Below are positions 10,541-24,774 of a stretch of DNA of 64,000 nt, in pieces. Where the stretch lies: positions 23,687,285-23,751,284 of the forward strand of contig CM055969.1 in the NCBI GenBank assembly GCA_029531755.1. Direction: 5' to 3'. The number at the start of each line of letters is the position of its first letter. Position 1 is the first letter of the stretch. The translations under genes were made by a program, and so were the position numbers. Under the pieces are notes generated by a model that was given only the letters and a program-made list of their open reading frames with translations, did not search any database and was not told where the DNA came from. This DNA is from Holothuria leucospilota (taxonomy: Eukaryota).

Positions 10541-11657
10541 CTGTTGTTTATATGCCCTACTGTACCTTTTATAAATAACAAGAGCTGCTGAACAACTAGT
10601 ATGTCTACATGCTACTGTTACTCTTTAGGTAAAGAACAGAAAAGGTTATGCCTGATAAATGTTTTGGCCACACACAATGTTGTTTAAAGTGTGTATACCT
10701 TCAATTTTTATCACAGGGATCAATTAAAATGTTATTTCTGTCTTTACTTGTTTGGGAAAAGAAATGTATGTTTACTTTCCATCTGACACATCATGAACGC
10801 CAAGAGCATTGTCAAAGTTGGTGTTTGGGTTTAGATAACCCAAACCCTATGTTCTGACATCTCTATGTTCCGACACTATAACCCTAATAATTTCACCCTA
10901 ACCTAACCCATACCTTAACACTGACGTTTGTGTGTACTTGTCAAAATATACAGATGTTGGAACAAAAAGACGTCAGAAAAGAGAGCAGTCCCTAGGCTAA
11001 GGAAGAAACCTTATAGCTATGTTGGACTATATGACTACATGACCATTCTGAAACAGAAAGTTGTAACACACTACTCAAACTTTAGATGAAGAAATAAGTA
11101 AGAATATATACTTACATATTTGTTTGCTTCCTGGTAACATCAAATTTTGCAACAGTTGTGGCATGCTTTATCAATGTGACCAAGATTGGTATCTCTCTGA
11201 TCAAATTTAATCTTTGTCGTGTCTAAGAAAAATCCAGGTGCCTACTTTATGGTGAACTAAATGCCACCAGAGCTGTAGCTTGGTACTCTGTGCAATCTCT
11301 AAATTACCCCTGGGTCAACTCATCATTGCTTATTACAGTAGTCTTCTGTCCATATCATTTAAACAAATACTTTGAATAGCTGCAGAAAAGGCCTATTGGT
11401 GCAAAAGTCAGAGTATTTCAGTTTTTTCTACTGTCATTTGATGTTTAGCGACAAGTTGTTAAATTTTAGAGTTGTTTGTGCAAGTAGTATTCTTTTCATT
11501 CGCAATGTTTGTCTTGTTTAAATTCTGGACTTCGTTCTCTGTAAGAGATATACTGTTGCTCAAGTATGTTGTTTATCAAATTGAAGGTTAGACAGACTTT
11601 AAGTGTATTTTAAACTAGTTCATGAGCAGGTTAAGCTTTGCAAGGATTGAATATTAT

Positions 11658-11822
11658 ACAAATAATGAATGTTTATGAGTGCGATAGTATGAACAATTTC
11701 ATGAGTTGAAAGATTAAACGTTCTATTCAACGAGGCGAAGCCGAGTTGAATAGAACGTTAAAGCTTTCAACGAATGAAATTATTCATACTATCGCACGAA
11801 TGAAAAACATTCATTATTTGTT
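11658..11822. repeat. Long imperfect palindrome (~75-bp arms, ~14-bp loop), followed by a 21-bp tandem duplication at 11900-11941
   Basis: Left arm: acaaataatgaatgttt..gcgatagtatgaacaatttcat..gttgaaag..aacgttctattcaac. The right arm is its reverse complement with a few mismatches. Confidence 0.75.
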
Positions 11823-11984
11823 TTATATAACACCTTATAATTTTGCTAGTAGTTGGTTAAGTTTGTGTTTTGGCGGTCACTATGGATTCATGTTTGTCCT
11901 TGTAGTAGCTCCATGGTTTGTCGTTTTCTCTCCATGGTTTGTCGTTTTCTAACTACGCGTTTATGTAGGCCTGCCTGATATAGA

Positions 11985-12180
11985 GGGATTCTTTGTGACG
12001 TCAAGCGCGTTGGATTCTCAGGCACTGAAGGGCAAAACACACATACGCAGTAAGCGTATTTACAGCACACGCGCATGGCATTACCATAGATACTTCTGTG
12101 ACACAATGGACGCTTGTCCTTCAAAACCAAAGAGACGCGCGATCACTTGACGTCGGTGAAACAATGTACGATCCCCAGTG
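11985..12180 (+). repeat. Dispersed repeat family C. Other copies: 15440-15610 (+) and about 1950-2180 (-).
   Basis: Shared segments: agtatttacag(c/t)acac..catg.c.t...tgtgacacaat..a.gcttg..aaagagacg.gcga.c..tgac. The CCKYAYC peptides in the artefact ORFs at 2050 (+) and 11888 (-) reflect the same repeat. Confidence 0.55.
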
Positions 12181-13800
12181 CTGCAGTGATTTATTGAGAC
12201 GCGGCATAGCTTGTACGTAGCACGCTCAATGCATCGCTGACTCATTGCCGTGGGTTAGTATATACTAACCAATGACCGTGGGTTAGTATATACCGGTACT
12301 AACCAACGGTGGAGCACCGCTATCTTGATGATAGTGCCGAATCATGCATGGCATGTGACCACCAATCTTCCAATCAGATGTAGAGAAATTAATAAGGTGT
12401 TATATAAAAAAGTATAGTACATGCTATTAATGTGACAGTGCCAACAATCCAGTTTTTAGCTGAAGTTTAAGGTCAAAAGTGCTCACCCTTAGCTGACGTA
12501 ATTAACTGACCCAAGTACAGGTATGATTTTAGAATCATGTGACAAGTTTGAGTTGAAATTTTAACCCCATAGTTTAGCTATGGCCAGAGCAGGGTAGAAA
12601 TGAGTTTGTAAACAAAGGGCATGGACATATTCTGCCCCTCTGTCAACATTTGTCCAACCGTGCTGTTTCTCCCACGTCAATCAGTAGATCTTTATGAAAT
12701 GTGGACACAACAATCCTTGGGTTGTGGGCTGTGTAGAGTTGTCAAAAATGTGAGTTAGTCATTCATTGGTCATTTAGGGCTGCTGTTTGTAAATATGCCA
12801 GAAGCTTGTTTACAAGATAGAGCTACTGTTTTGGGTGTGGTATCATTGGTCATGAGAGGTCTCCCAGGCTTGCATCACCAGTACATACTTGTGGGGAGAA
12901 AATCTGGCATCCCAACCACCCTAGCTTGTAGGAAATTGCATCCTTAAAACATAACTTTGTCATTAGAATTCTGCGTCTACTTTGATTGTGTCACCATCCG
13001 TATGGGAGAAAACTTGGCATCTCAAAGCATAAACTTGTAACTGGACTTTTGCAGTTGAATTTGGATATTTCCCTTGTATAGAATGGAGCAGTTCAAATTA
13101 GAAGCTTAAGAAGAACTGCTGCTTTTATTCATTATTACTGCTTTGTAGAGAAATTAATGAAGTGCTCAGTCAGTTCGAATTTTACCTAAATGCTATGAGT
13201 GCATCCTTTTGTATAAAGGCAGGCAGAGCTGAAAGGAGGTAGGGTGTGAAAAATTTCACTACAGCAAGATTTTGAAAATTGATTTAAATATTCCAGGGAC
13301 TCTCCCACTAAACTCCAGGACTTACCAGTTGTTGCCTAGGTAGACCTTTCTTTCAGTCTGGAAAGGTGCCATGCATGACAGGTGTAAAAGTCTGACAGGT
13401 GAGAAGGCCATGTTAAGTCATAGTGTCCCACCATGGGATATATCTACTTTGGGGAGTAGAACGAGGGGGGGTGGTTAATGTTTGTTTTTTGCCATCTGGC
13501 ATCCAAGGGAGTTTTAGCAAAAAGCTTACATTTGTAGAACGTATAATTGCTTCTTGGCTGTTTGCCTAGAATACTGAACAAGTGAACAGTCTCTTTTCAG
13601 TTCAGCAAGCCGAGTATGAAGCCATGGTGAAGCTGTCTAAACATTCAAGTACTGCTCAGCACTGACCATGGGTGGAGGGGTCACCAGTGTCCATCCCCAA
13701 GCTACTTTGGTTAGGTTTTTGAAGCACCAATGATTGGCCTCTTGACTTGGTGTTGAGTTATAAAACTTAATTTATCATTTTTTTGTTTTTACTTCGCCAG

Positions 13801-13984
13801 GAGACGTGCTGGTACCGTGACTTCTCTCTGTGTGAATATTTCTTGTCTCTTGTCTGTGATGCTTTATCCTTACTTACCAGACACCAGTAGGATCATCCAG
13901 GAACAGCTGAATGCACCCTCTGATGTAAATGTCCTGACTGGGGACTTCTTCTGTTACTTAGAGGCTGGCCATAAAATAGGAGTG
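13801..13984 (+). CDS. MARS1: MARS1-like exon; (K)RRAGTVTSLCVNISCLLSVMLYPYLPDTSRIIQEQLNAPSDVNVLTGDFFCYLEAGHKIGV
   Basis: Matches human [41 protein letters not shown]...LCTLPAGHQIGTV. Acceptor cgccag|, donor GTGAGA at 13985. Confidence 0.85.
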
Positions 13985-15121
13985 GTGAGAAACTTATACC
14001 TTGAGATGTTTTTTTTTCTGTGTGTCTTTTTATACATCACTGTAAGGTACCATGACAATATCATAGGCTGCTGAAGCTTGCTGGGGGCTGCTACAGCTGC
14101 CTCAGGCAAACTTCAGCTGTGCTATAGGGGCTGCAGCCATGCTTGTTGCTTTACCTATTACAACAGTGGGAATAAGAGTCAGTCCTGCTACTGTAATGTG
14201 TACAGCAACAAAGCATGGATAAAGCTGCTGCAGCTTGGCTTAGGCAGCTGCAGCTTGACTGAGGTAGCTGCAGCTTGGCTGAGACTTGTGCAGCTTGTGG
14301 CTTTGCTATTTTAATGAGGTGTCTGACTTGAATGTTAATGTAATGCTTTTTAACAGGTTGTTATACTTTGTTTTAGACCATTGCGAATCCTTCAAAATTT
14401 CAGTAGGGGATGAAAACTCCCTTCCCTCCACAAAAAATGCAAACATTCATGGAAAAAGAAAGATGGATGTTTCAAAATTTTTTGAAAGAGAAATACTGTT
14501 AAGTGCAGATTATATCAGAATTTTTGTCAAATTGACCTTATGGATTTTTTGATGGGATGATCAAAGTATGCTTTGCTATCATTCATTTGTGAGCAACATT
14601 AAATTTCACCCCTTGGTCATGGGGACATAAAAAAAATTTGTGCAGATTTTTTTTTTTAATTTACACAGAAAACTTGAATATTTTGTAAATTTTGTATGAA
14701 ACAAATAAATATGGAATTTCTCCAGATTTGTATGTCATACCCTTGGTTCACACAATTCTGTAACTTTGTGCCCAATTCATTAAGCTTTTCAGTGACATTT
14801 GTACTTTTGGTTCTTGTTTATAGAAAAACTTTGATAACATAGAAAATTTGTTTCTGTACAGTGCAGTAAAGCTGCATTTTGTCAAACTTTAAATGGTCGT
14901 TATCAATAAACCTTTACACTTGTTTTATTGTCACTGTGATGTTGCAATGGGACTTTGATAGAGAAGGCAGATTTGGAACACATTGAGCATTAAAGGCAGG
15001 TAATTAATAGGCAAAGTCAACTGATGAGGTAATTACCTCATAAGTTGGCATTGCTTATTACTTGTAAGCATTTATAGTGTATAATGACTTGTTTCAATTT
15101 GAAAATTTTGTTACCCTCCAG

Positions 15122-15199
15122 CCCAAGCCATTGTTTGCAAAGATTGAGCAGGGCCAGGTAGACGAACTGAAGAAGAGATTTTCTGGTACTCAGAAGGAG
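15122..15199 (+). CDS. MARS1: MARS1-like exon; PKPLFAKIEQGQVDELKKRFSGTQKE
   Basis: Matches human [25 protein letters not shown]. Acceptor ccctccag|, donor GTAAGG at 15200. Confidence 0.8.
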
Positions 15200-17399
15200 G
15201 TAAGGAAAAGCAAGTAGCGGGTTTTAGCCAGACAGTTTAAATTGGGCATTGCACCAGGTTTGGATTTTACACTTTCACTCTGCTGGTTTGACAATTTAGC
15301 ACCCAGTTTGAATTTTATCCCACATGGATTAAGGACCATTTTAACCAAAACCATCTACTCTCTGTGGTAGTTCCTTATGGTGACTTGATTGATGCTACAG
15401 AGGTGTTTCATGTGATGTCTTATTTTTGGAATAATTGTCTTTCCTGCCGGTCACAGCACATGCACAGTAATAGTATTTACAGTACACACCCAAGGCATGA
15501 CCTTGAATACAATTGTGACACAATAAATGCTTGACAGGCAAAGAGTCCTGCAGCCAAAGAGACGTGCGACCATGTGACTTTAGTGAAACACCTCTGTTGG
15601 CATTTTAACCTGTAAATTGACAGGTGAGAATATATTCCCAGTAAGAACCATGAAAGTGTCATTAATGTCAGTGCTATATTGTCCTTTGTTTCCTGGTGTC
15701 TGCATTTTTTAAATTGTCTGTTGGTTTGTTTTTAACATATATACCTTTTCATCTCAGAGTACTGTTTATTAACAATGTATGAGACATAAGTGACTAAATG
15801 TAATGCACAAATGCATGAGGGCAGATTGTTTAATAGTTTGTCAGCCTATGTGCAACTGAGTTACATCTCAGTTTAAGGTTTTTTGCAACATAAATCCATT
15901 CAAATGGGACAATTTGAATCCAACCCTCTGAAATACCTCAGTCATGTTCCCATGATTTTGTTCTCAAAAGGAAGTTGAATGTACTTTCTTGAACAGTACT
16001 ACAACCTCAATATAGGCTTTAGCCTACATAATACCTGATTTGTTATTGGTGCCTCAAAAGTTTGCACAGTTTTGGAAGTACAGAATTTTACAGCTGAACA
16101 AGATATGTGTTTCTTTTGAACTTTAAAAAGGAGCTGAATCTTAACAGAAGTGTTAGAGAACATGGAGGGGTGTTGTAACTTCAATTAGGTGGATGGAAAC
16201 CAGTCTCCTGAAAAAAGTGGAACATTATCTCTAGATATTTATACAAGCTACTTATTTAAAAGTGCTGAATTCTTGACTGTATACAGGTATTCAGTTCCCC
16301 CTTTTACCAGTCCCGTTGGTCTACAGTATGATTTCAGAGAAGTGTCAAAGAAGTGTCAAATTCAAGGGCCAATTTGCTCATCCCAAATGTTTCAAATTCT
16401 CCCCACAAAGGTTTATCTTATCTCTCTTCCATTTTCAAGGGCTGACTGAGTACCTCCCACAAAGTAGCTGCATTACCCATGGGGAATACTCATTGAGCTG
16501 AAGTATTAACCTATCAGGCCATTTTCCGAACAGTTTATCATCATGTATTGCGAAGAAACTGAATTTATTGCCCTTCTGTCCTGCCTTTGTGCTGTGTAAT
16601 AGTCATCTAAATCTCACTGATCGGTACATGTCATTTCCCAATCAGTGGCTTTGAATTTTTGTAGGCACAGTTTGAATTTGCCCTCATTTTATGTATCAGT
16701 TCTGCATAGCACAGTGATAAATCATAAAATTAAGGGACTTTTGCTAAACATGTGTTTTGCAATGATGAGAATGTTCCTTTAAAAGACTTGTCATTTAGTT
16801 TTTTGTCATTTGCTGGCAGTCTGCCAGCATTCCATGAGGACAATTTTAATTTCAGATGTATGAACTTATTTCAATAGGTGGACCCTTTTCAAAATAGCAG
16901 TTACAAAGGATTATGAAACAGAGTTTTGGTATGTGTCATTACTCGTCAATGAAATTTTACTGTGGTCAAAAACAGACACGCACCAAAACTCTATTCCATA
17001 ACACTTTGTAATTACTATTTGGAAAAGGGTTTATTGGCATTCCATCAATTTAGTGTGAAATGAGTGAATGCAAAGAATAAACGTGTAATGTTTACAATAC
17101 TGCCTGAAAAACTAAATTTTATTATAAAAGATAACTCTTGGACTGGTCTTATACAAAATGGCTTTAGCATGCAGTGGGAGTTTTGATTGTCTTAGAAGTT
17201 AGAAAATTAAACACTTAAAACAAAGGACTCTGCTGTGCATAAGGACCATATGGGGTGCACTGCATTAAAAGAGGGGATAGTTCAAACATGGACCCATTAA
17301 GAATTAATGCACCTGTACAAATCAAGTGATATCAAGAGATCTAACTGATATAACAGAACCTACAAGACTGTTTTCATTTAATACTGTACATCATTCCAG

Positions 17400-17519
17400 A
17401 ATGATTCATCAGCCCCTCCTAAGGAACCTGCCAAACCATCTCCACCAGCTCAAGCAGACCCAGACCCTACTGCCAGCCCTGAGGACATCAAAAGGCTTAC
17501 AGGGGAAGTTACCAAGCAG
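17400..17519 (+). CDS. MARS1: MARS1-like exon (linker before the WHEP domain); NDSSAPPKEPAKPSPPAQADPDPTASPEDIKRLTGEVTKQ
   Basis: The ...EVTKQ end matches human ...IQALMDEVTKQ. Acceptor cattccag|, donor GTAAAG at 17520. Confidence 0.75.
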
Positions 17520-18396
17520 GTAAAGTGGTCTTTGCAAGATCATCCTTGAAAAATAAGGTTTGCTTTACATGCTTTACTTAAGTCAGTTATGTTTCATATG
17601 TAGGAGTGTCTTGTCAATCATGCAAGTGAAAAAGAACGAACACTATAACACTCACATGCCATGAAAAGGCCCCTTACAGAAACACACACTTCTAAGTTCC
17701 CGATATATGGGCCTTTGATCAGGTTTTCAGCAGAACGTTTATACTCATGCAGGATCGATAGAAGATTGTCACTATGGCAACTGCCGGTACTGCTTTTCTG
17801 TGTAGAGCTATTCTGGGGAAAGATAATCAGCTTAAGAGAGATAACAACTGCAGACAGGAAATGAGAGTCACTGGTCAGAGGACTCAAGAAATAAACATTA
17901 CATGCAAGGCTGCACAATTTCTGTCAAAACCTGTAAGGGGCCTTGCCTGACATGCGGTTCTAATGTCGCACTTCACACCATTTATCGGTTTCAAAGCAAA
18001 TTACAGTGGCTTGCTGCAGTCTGTATTCCTTAACGTTCTCAAGCTACTGGCTACTACACTACTGTGCAGCTGTTGAGTTCATCATAAAGGGGCCTTAATT
18101 ATTAAGGCATTTTGTATTTCGTCCCCTGTTCCAATCTTACACTCGAGTGACAAGGGATTAGGCAACATACTGCATTTTTACAGTATTTGGTATGATCCAC
18201 CTATCATTTTGATGTCCACCTTTAAGTTGCTGCCCTGCACTTAGGCCATCCAGTTTGTAGCAGACTCGATAAAAATGGTTATCTGTATTTGTTGCGATAA
18301 AAGAAGTCAAGTTAACCATATTTGTTCATTAGTCATTGGTCACAACTTTGTGAATTCAAACTGACTTTCTGTTTTACATAATTCTGTGTGGTACAG

Positions 18397-18558
18397 GGTG
18401 ATTTAGTTCGCAAACTGAAGACTGAAAAAGCTGAAAAGTCTACGATTGATGCAGAGGTGAAAAAATTATTGGCTCTGAAGAAGGAATTGGCTTTGGCATC
18501 AGGGGAAAAACCAGAAGAAGGCAAAAAAGGAAAAAGCAAAAAAGAGAAAAAGAAATAG
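18397..18558 (+). CDS. MARS1: MARS1-like terminal coding exon (WHEP domain and lysine-rich tail); [53 protein letters not shown]
   Basis: Matches human [48 protein letters not shown]. Acceptor gtacag|, stop TAG at 18556-18558. AATAAA lies 13 nt downstream. Confidence 0.85.
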   Translation, partial: GDLVRKLKTEKAEKSTIDAEVKKLLALKKELALASGEKPEEGKKGKSKKEKKK

Positions 18559-18570
18559 ATCATCAGAACT

Positions 18571-18576
18571 AATAAA
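18571..18576 (+). promoter_or_regulatory. Polyadenylation signal AATAAA for the MARS1-like gene
   Basis: A canonical hexamer 13 nt after the stop codon. Confidence 0.6.
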
Positions 18577-21500
18577 TCTGGGTCACCCTGATGGTTTATG
18601 CAAATTGTGCTCTTGTTTGTTATGATTCATTGCAACTGGTTTAACATCATGTTTTGACAATGTCTTGGAAAGCAATATACGTGCCAGTAACAGGTATGAG
18701 GTATGGAAACATTTAACTTTTTAGTACCGGTACTTTGTTTTTCTTTTCTTTTACTTGAAACCTTTTCCTCCCAGTATTGTTCTAGTAATGTATTTACATA
18801 CATTTATCACATTTTATTTAGTATGTTATCAGTTTTGAAGAGAACTCTCTTTAATACAACTACAATTAGGTTCTGTTACTTTTGAGCTGTTAAGCAGCTA
18901 TTAAAATTCTGGAGTTGCTGAAAGTAGGTGACAGTCATGTAAAAGTATTTCTGAGGCTTGAACCACAGTAAAGTGTGTGGTTGATCATGAAGTAGAAAAC
19001 GATTTATTAAATGTAAAGTGAGTTTCTGATGCACAATGAGGAAATTTCATGAGCTTAACTCATGAGATTAACATCTGAGGAATATAATGAGAAGTGCCCT
19101 GACAGTTTCATTTTGTAATTGTGCGATTAAGATTTCTCTCGATATGTATTTTTTTCGGTATACATTGCTTTGCATGGCTTGTGTCTGCATATAAACCAAT
19201 ATATCAACCAATTTTTTACTTGATTAGCCATTTTACAGTCAGTTTTAAAAACTGTCAAAATTAAATGAAGTACATTTTGCATGATACAGTTATACTCCTA
19301 ATAAATTAAATCTTCCTTTTATGACCTTTGACCTTTGTTGAAAACTATTTTTTCCTGTAATGATATGCTAATCTCTGGCAATCTTTGTTTTCTCTCACCT
19401 GTACATGTCACATTATCTGGCACTGAATTATACTAAGTGCCGTAAGGTAGCACAACAGGTCTCAAGTTTCTTTAAGTGCCAAGTTACAACTGTGACTTAT
19501 AACTTATAACTATGTATCAACAGTGTAGGGGTAGTGAGGAGGGGTAAGTCACCCCCTCTCCCAACCCCACCTCACTGCCATGTCTTAACTTTGGTGCAGT
19601 GTGCTTGCAATCAGGAACCAGGTGTAAAAGAATTTTGCAAGATTCCAGTAGATTCTCCTTTGCTTATAATATAATTGCAGCCAAGGGCGTAGATTTCTTT
19701 TCAACTTTTGGGGGGATGGGGTAAACTTTGCAAATGTGGAACGCGTGCACAGAGAGCGCGAAGCACGAGCCCATGACAGGTGGGGTCCAGGGGCCCGCCT
19801 TAGGGCCCCTGGTGGGGTCCATGGGGCAAAGCCCCGGTGGGGGTGCAGGGGGCAAAGCCCCCGGAAGCTCCTGGGTTTTAATGTCTCAGAAGTGCCAGGA
19901 AGACTGTTTTAAGGGGTTATTTTCAGTGGTAATGTTCTTTGGTAGGCAATTGGTATATTCATGCATTTAGGAAATAGCCTACTATTTTGAGCACATACTG
20001 TAACTCGTTGATAAGCTTCACTGGATTGAAATTGTACAAGAGCAACAATGTCCTGTTAAGCTTAAAAGGCAGGGATCAACATATAGGGTCATACCAGTAC
20101 CAGACAACTGGATTTTGAATTCGGAGATCATTGCAAATCCTGCAAGTTGGCTTGAGATCAGTGGCATCGCCAGATTTTTTGTGATTGGGGGTCCATAGAT
20201 GATGTCGTAATAATACTTCAGTTCCCCAAGTCTGCTTAAATTACGCCTTTATTTTTCATGCGTTCCTGCATTTGCATGCAGCAGTTTTGATCTTTCATTT
20301 GTCACTACATAAAGGTGTCGTCCTAGGGAAGGGGTTCCCCTCCCCTTTAAGAATTTTTTTATTACTTTAAGGTAGTTTAGATGCAAAATGGTGCTATCTT
20401 TGTGATGTTTTTTGGAACTGATCATATATGGCTGGAAAATGTCCATAATTTAGTGAATGTTAATTTTTGGTAAGGTAAAAGAAGAGAATATGTTGTCTAT
20501 TAAGAGACAGATACGTTGTCAACAAATCTCCTGAAGCCCCCTCCCTTCTGTCTATTTTACTGCCTTCTGGGAAAGTTTTTACACAAAAATATGTGCATGG
20601 AGTCCACAGAAACATTCTTGAGTTATTACGAAATATGTCCTTTCCTTCATTGTGCATTGTGAAAGGGCATCTAAGGCTAGCAGATACCTGAATAGGACCT
20701 CCTGAAAGCTCTGCATTAAATCATATTAATTTTTTGGGGCGGGGAGGCAATTAAATAATGCGTATACTACCTAACATCCAAATGATAATATAGAGTACGA
20801 CGCTGAACACTTCACAACTATCGTATTTTTACTACTTTTGAACTAAAATCCGGACGAACAGCTGCCAGCAATGAAAAATGAGAGGGAGGGAGAGTATAGG
20901 TGCAGGGAGGTGACATTAGAAATCCCTGACAGGTGTAGTAAAAGGGGTGAAGGACTAATAAGAGCATTACAGAGTGTTGTTTTCGTCATAAGTGTATTAA
21001 CAATCACCATCTATTCCGATAATTGCTCAGCGCAAACCGGCGAAGCTCTGGTAAAATTTTTTGAAACATGTTTAACGGCAGATACGTACTTCCAACCTTC
21101 TACATCATGCTATATATTAGATTGAAAGATCCCATATTGGTGCGAGGTCCCCCACAGATGTTTGGAGATGTATATCTGTTCTTCGGAAAGTGTCGTGATC
21201 AGAACAGTTTCGTGTATTATTATCTTAATAATGGTCATGACATGGAGTGTAAACAGTGACGAATAATATTTCCATTACAAAACCTGCATTTAGACTCTAC
21301 ATCGAGACACTTTCAATTGCCCAACAAACCTACATGCACTGCCATAAGCCAGTCTTTTACCTATTAATTTGTAAACTTTCAACATTTTGCTGCTGTGCTT
21401 CTCTGAAAGTTGCTATTGGAAGATATTGATAAGATGAGTGACAGTGACGTAACGTTGGAAGCGCGCGGAGCGCGCGAAAATTTTGATAGATTGCCAACAA

Positions 21501-24500
21501 TTTGCTAAAATTCTGATGGTTTGAGAAACATTTGTCATAGAAAGTGAAGCGAGATTGAAAAAATTTCTCATGAAAATGAAGAATAGAATATACTTTCCAT
21601 CATACATGTATCTGTAGACTGAAACATTGGGGGGGATGATTACATGGGCCATCCCCTCCTGGGATTTATGCCCATGATTGCAGCATTGTCAAGTGGTTTT
21701 TTTTTTTTTTCAGGCCCAATTTTTTTCTCACAGGCCAAATTTAATACTTTTGTGGGCAACACTTTGCTTAGGCATTGTCATTAGAGAAACCTCTGAGATC
21801 AAGCATGTCTATTTGTTTGTATTTCAATGCAACTTATTACAACCTCATCATGAGTCAGTTGTTCAGTTTTAAGTCATAATGACAGTATTGTATTCCCTCT
21901 TTAGTCTGTTTCCCATGAGGACAATATGCTCACAGTGCAAAATTACAACTTTTTTCATCAAGATGTGGAAATCTTATGAAAATTGTTTTACCCAACTAAC
22001 ATTGTGCTATCTAGACATGTCAAAAAAGTTATTTAACACCCCTGCCAAACCTGGAATATGCCCCTGACAAATTTTCTGAAATGCTGAATCTGGTCAAATT
22101 TGGCTCAGTTGTTGCTATTTTATCCCAAATTGTGGATGTGTTCATTATCCTACATTTCTACCTTTACAAAAAAATTTGGAAGAACCTTTTAAATGCATAA
22201 CTCTTCTTCAGTTAAAGATAAACGTGGGCCTATTTTCACTTCCACTTTTATGCACATTTAGTTCTATTATCAGCAAAAAAAGCTCCTCCCCTGTCCTCAC
22301 AAAACTGACAGGACCAGATGTTAATTTTTCTCTTTTTTTGACATGGCCTTATGAGGTTATCAGGCTGTCATGGTCAGAAGTATTCTTATATCAAATTTTG
22401 ACAGAAACCAATGTTTTGTTTAGTCTCTATCAATTTAGTCACATTTTTCTTACTTTTCATTCAAATTTCATCTTTTCTTTTCACTTTCTTTACAAAATAG
22501 CACAAACTATTATCATGGAACTGTAAATGTGTGCTCTGAAGAATCAAATTCATATGCATGTCATCTTAAACAGACTTGCCTTTGCATAATTTTAACCGTA
22601 AAAGTTCCACAAATCTTGATAAACAATTTGATATGACAGAAAAAGAATTGATTGGTTAAAGATTAGAATAGTGAACTGAAAATGTTGCAGGATTTTTTGG
22701 AATATACCACGTCCTTCTCTCACAAATACATGTTTTAAGGACGTGGGTATATGTTTTGTTTGTTAAAACATGTGGCTTGGATATTTTTGTTTATAAAAGT
22801 TATTTGGTTCGGAAGTTTGGTTGTCACAAAGATTTTACAAGGACAGTTTTTCTCATCTTATTGCCCTATTTCATATAGTGAAATGCATATGTATAATAAG
22901 ACATTGGGAGAGAATTCAGGTGCATATTAATTCATGAAATCAGGGATTTTTATTGCATTTTGATGGTAAAGGTACTACATTTGTTAGCAGCCAAAGCAAC
23001 TTAATAAAACTTGTCAAACTTAATAATGTGATGTAATGTTTTTCTTTTCCTTTTTTTCAATGGGGAGGGGGGGGGGGACTTCACTTTGAACTGATCTAAT
23101 GTTCTGTGTTGGCAAGGAGGGAGTTACAGTAAAACCCCATTACCAGTGAAAGTTTAATCTTATCAATACTTTACGTGTGACCAAAGTCTGTATCAGAGAT
23201 GCTACCAGCATTTACCCAAAAAATCTGAAAATTTTGTAAGATGTCAAACTGCCGGATAGACGATCACAGTAAACTAGTACACAAAGTCTGTCCAGTACTT
23301 AATGATTCTCCATGCAGTGCCATCTGCGTAAGGTACTTGGTACAACAAATACATTTGCGTACTATCAGTGGTTTGTGTTGGACTATCTCTCAGATCATGC
23401 AACAGAGCAGACTTTTTTTTGTAAATTTGACCAAAAATTTGGGAACCAAAAAAGTGTTTTCTAATGTCAAAAAAATTTGAATTTTTGATGGGCATTCCAA
23501 AAAAATCTGATTTCAGACTAAAATCTGAAAAGTGGCATCTCTGCTGTATGCATATGGTCACACCTACTACAGCAAATGGCTTTGTCTTTCCATACCACTT
23601 TTCAGGAAAACAGACCATTCTTATCCAAAATCCTTCTGTTTCAAGACCAGACACATGACACATTGACCCCCCCTCCCCCACCCACACATCACCACCTTCA
23701 GCAAGTTTAATCCTAACTTGCACAACTGTTCAAATTCCAGAACTGAAAACAGAAGCCCCATTCCCCAAGAGAGCTTAGCCTCAAAGAAGCTTTATTCCAT
23801 ATGACTTTTTGTGGCCCCATTCACCTCTTGTGACCTAGTTGCCTATAGTCAGCAAAACATTCAATTGACAATGCACCTTACATGGCTGGCTTCTTTGCAT
23901 TGAAATGGTTTCACTATGGTACTTGAGAGCCCCCTTTTGGCTTCTTGCACAATCCCATGTACCTAAATGGTCAAAAACTTGCTTCAACCTTACCACTGCA
24001 GCAGACTCCAGTCAGACAAACCAAACATTTATTTTTTTGTAAGGCTATGTGACTGGCAATTGCTCAAGCTGGTTTAAAAACTACCAGTCTTGGTTGCAAA
24101 TCAAAGCATGCTACAAGACACTTGGCGAGGGGGTGGTTGACATCAATTGTGTCATGCAAACCTGTATCGTGTGCAGCTGGCTTCATATGTGAATGCCAGA
24201 ACCAAGACAGGTCTTAAAAGGATAACATCTCAAAAGATGAAAGATACATTTTACAAAAGGATTCACTATCCAAGATGTGTATCAACAGAGGTAAAAAAGG
24301 ACCTGCTCCGTGATGTAAAGAACTATCTACATTTAAACAAGAATACACTCTTGAATAAATGGAACTCTCAAAAAAAATTTTGTCTTTATTTTTTTTATTG
24401 TATAAAGCAGCTGAAAGACTTCTACAAAACAAAAGAGTAAGGCACACATTTTATACTCTACATATACATCTTTGTTAAGTTTTTATTATAGAACTCCGCT

Positions 24501-24774
24501 TTAAAGAAATCACTTTTAATCCTCCCCAGACTCTAAAAAAGGTTTATAGTGAATCAGATGCCATACATTAGCACAAAGGTTACTTATGATGTGATACTCT
24601 AATAAAAACATGCATGTGATAAACAACTTAGTTACTATGGTGTTACTATCACCTTTGCTTAAAGGGCACACAAAGTTTGCAGGGTCATACCTCCATATAT
24701 TCACATAGCGATGAACGAGAAAATGCCACTTATTGAACCATATGCACAAGTGATATACAATTTTACCATCTCCT

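Noticed and set aside
19690-19900. A GC-rich block with internal GGGGTCC / GGGGCAAAGCCCC repeats, considered as a CpG island, promoter or small RNA gene
   Set aside because: It has no adjacent exon or TATA/Inr logic. Its similarity to the G-run part of the family D motif suggests it is another degenerate repeat copy.
23274-23723. A 149-aa ORF in intergenic DNA
   Set aside because: The composition is low-complexity, with no recognisable domain and no splice or promoter context. It is most likely a chance ORF in AT-rich DNA.
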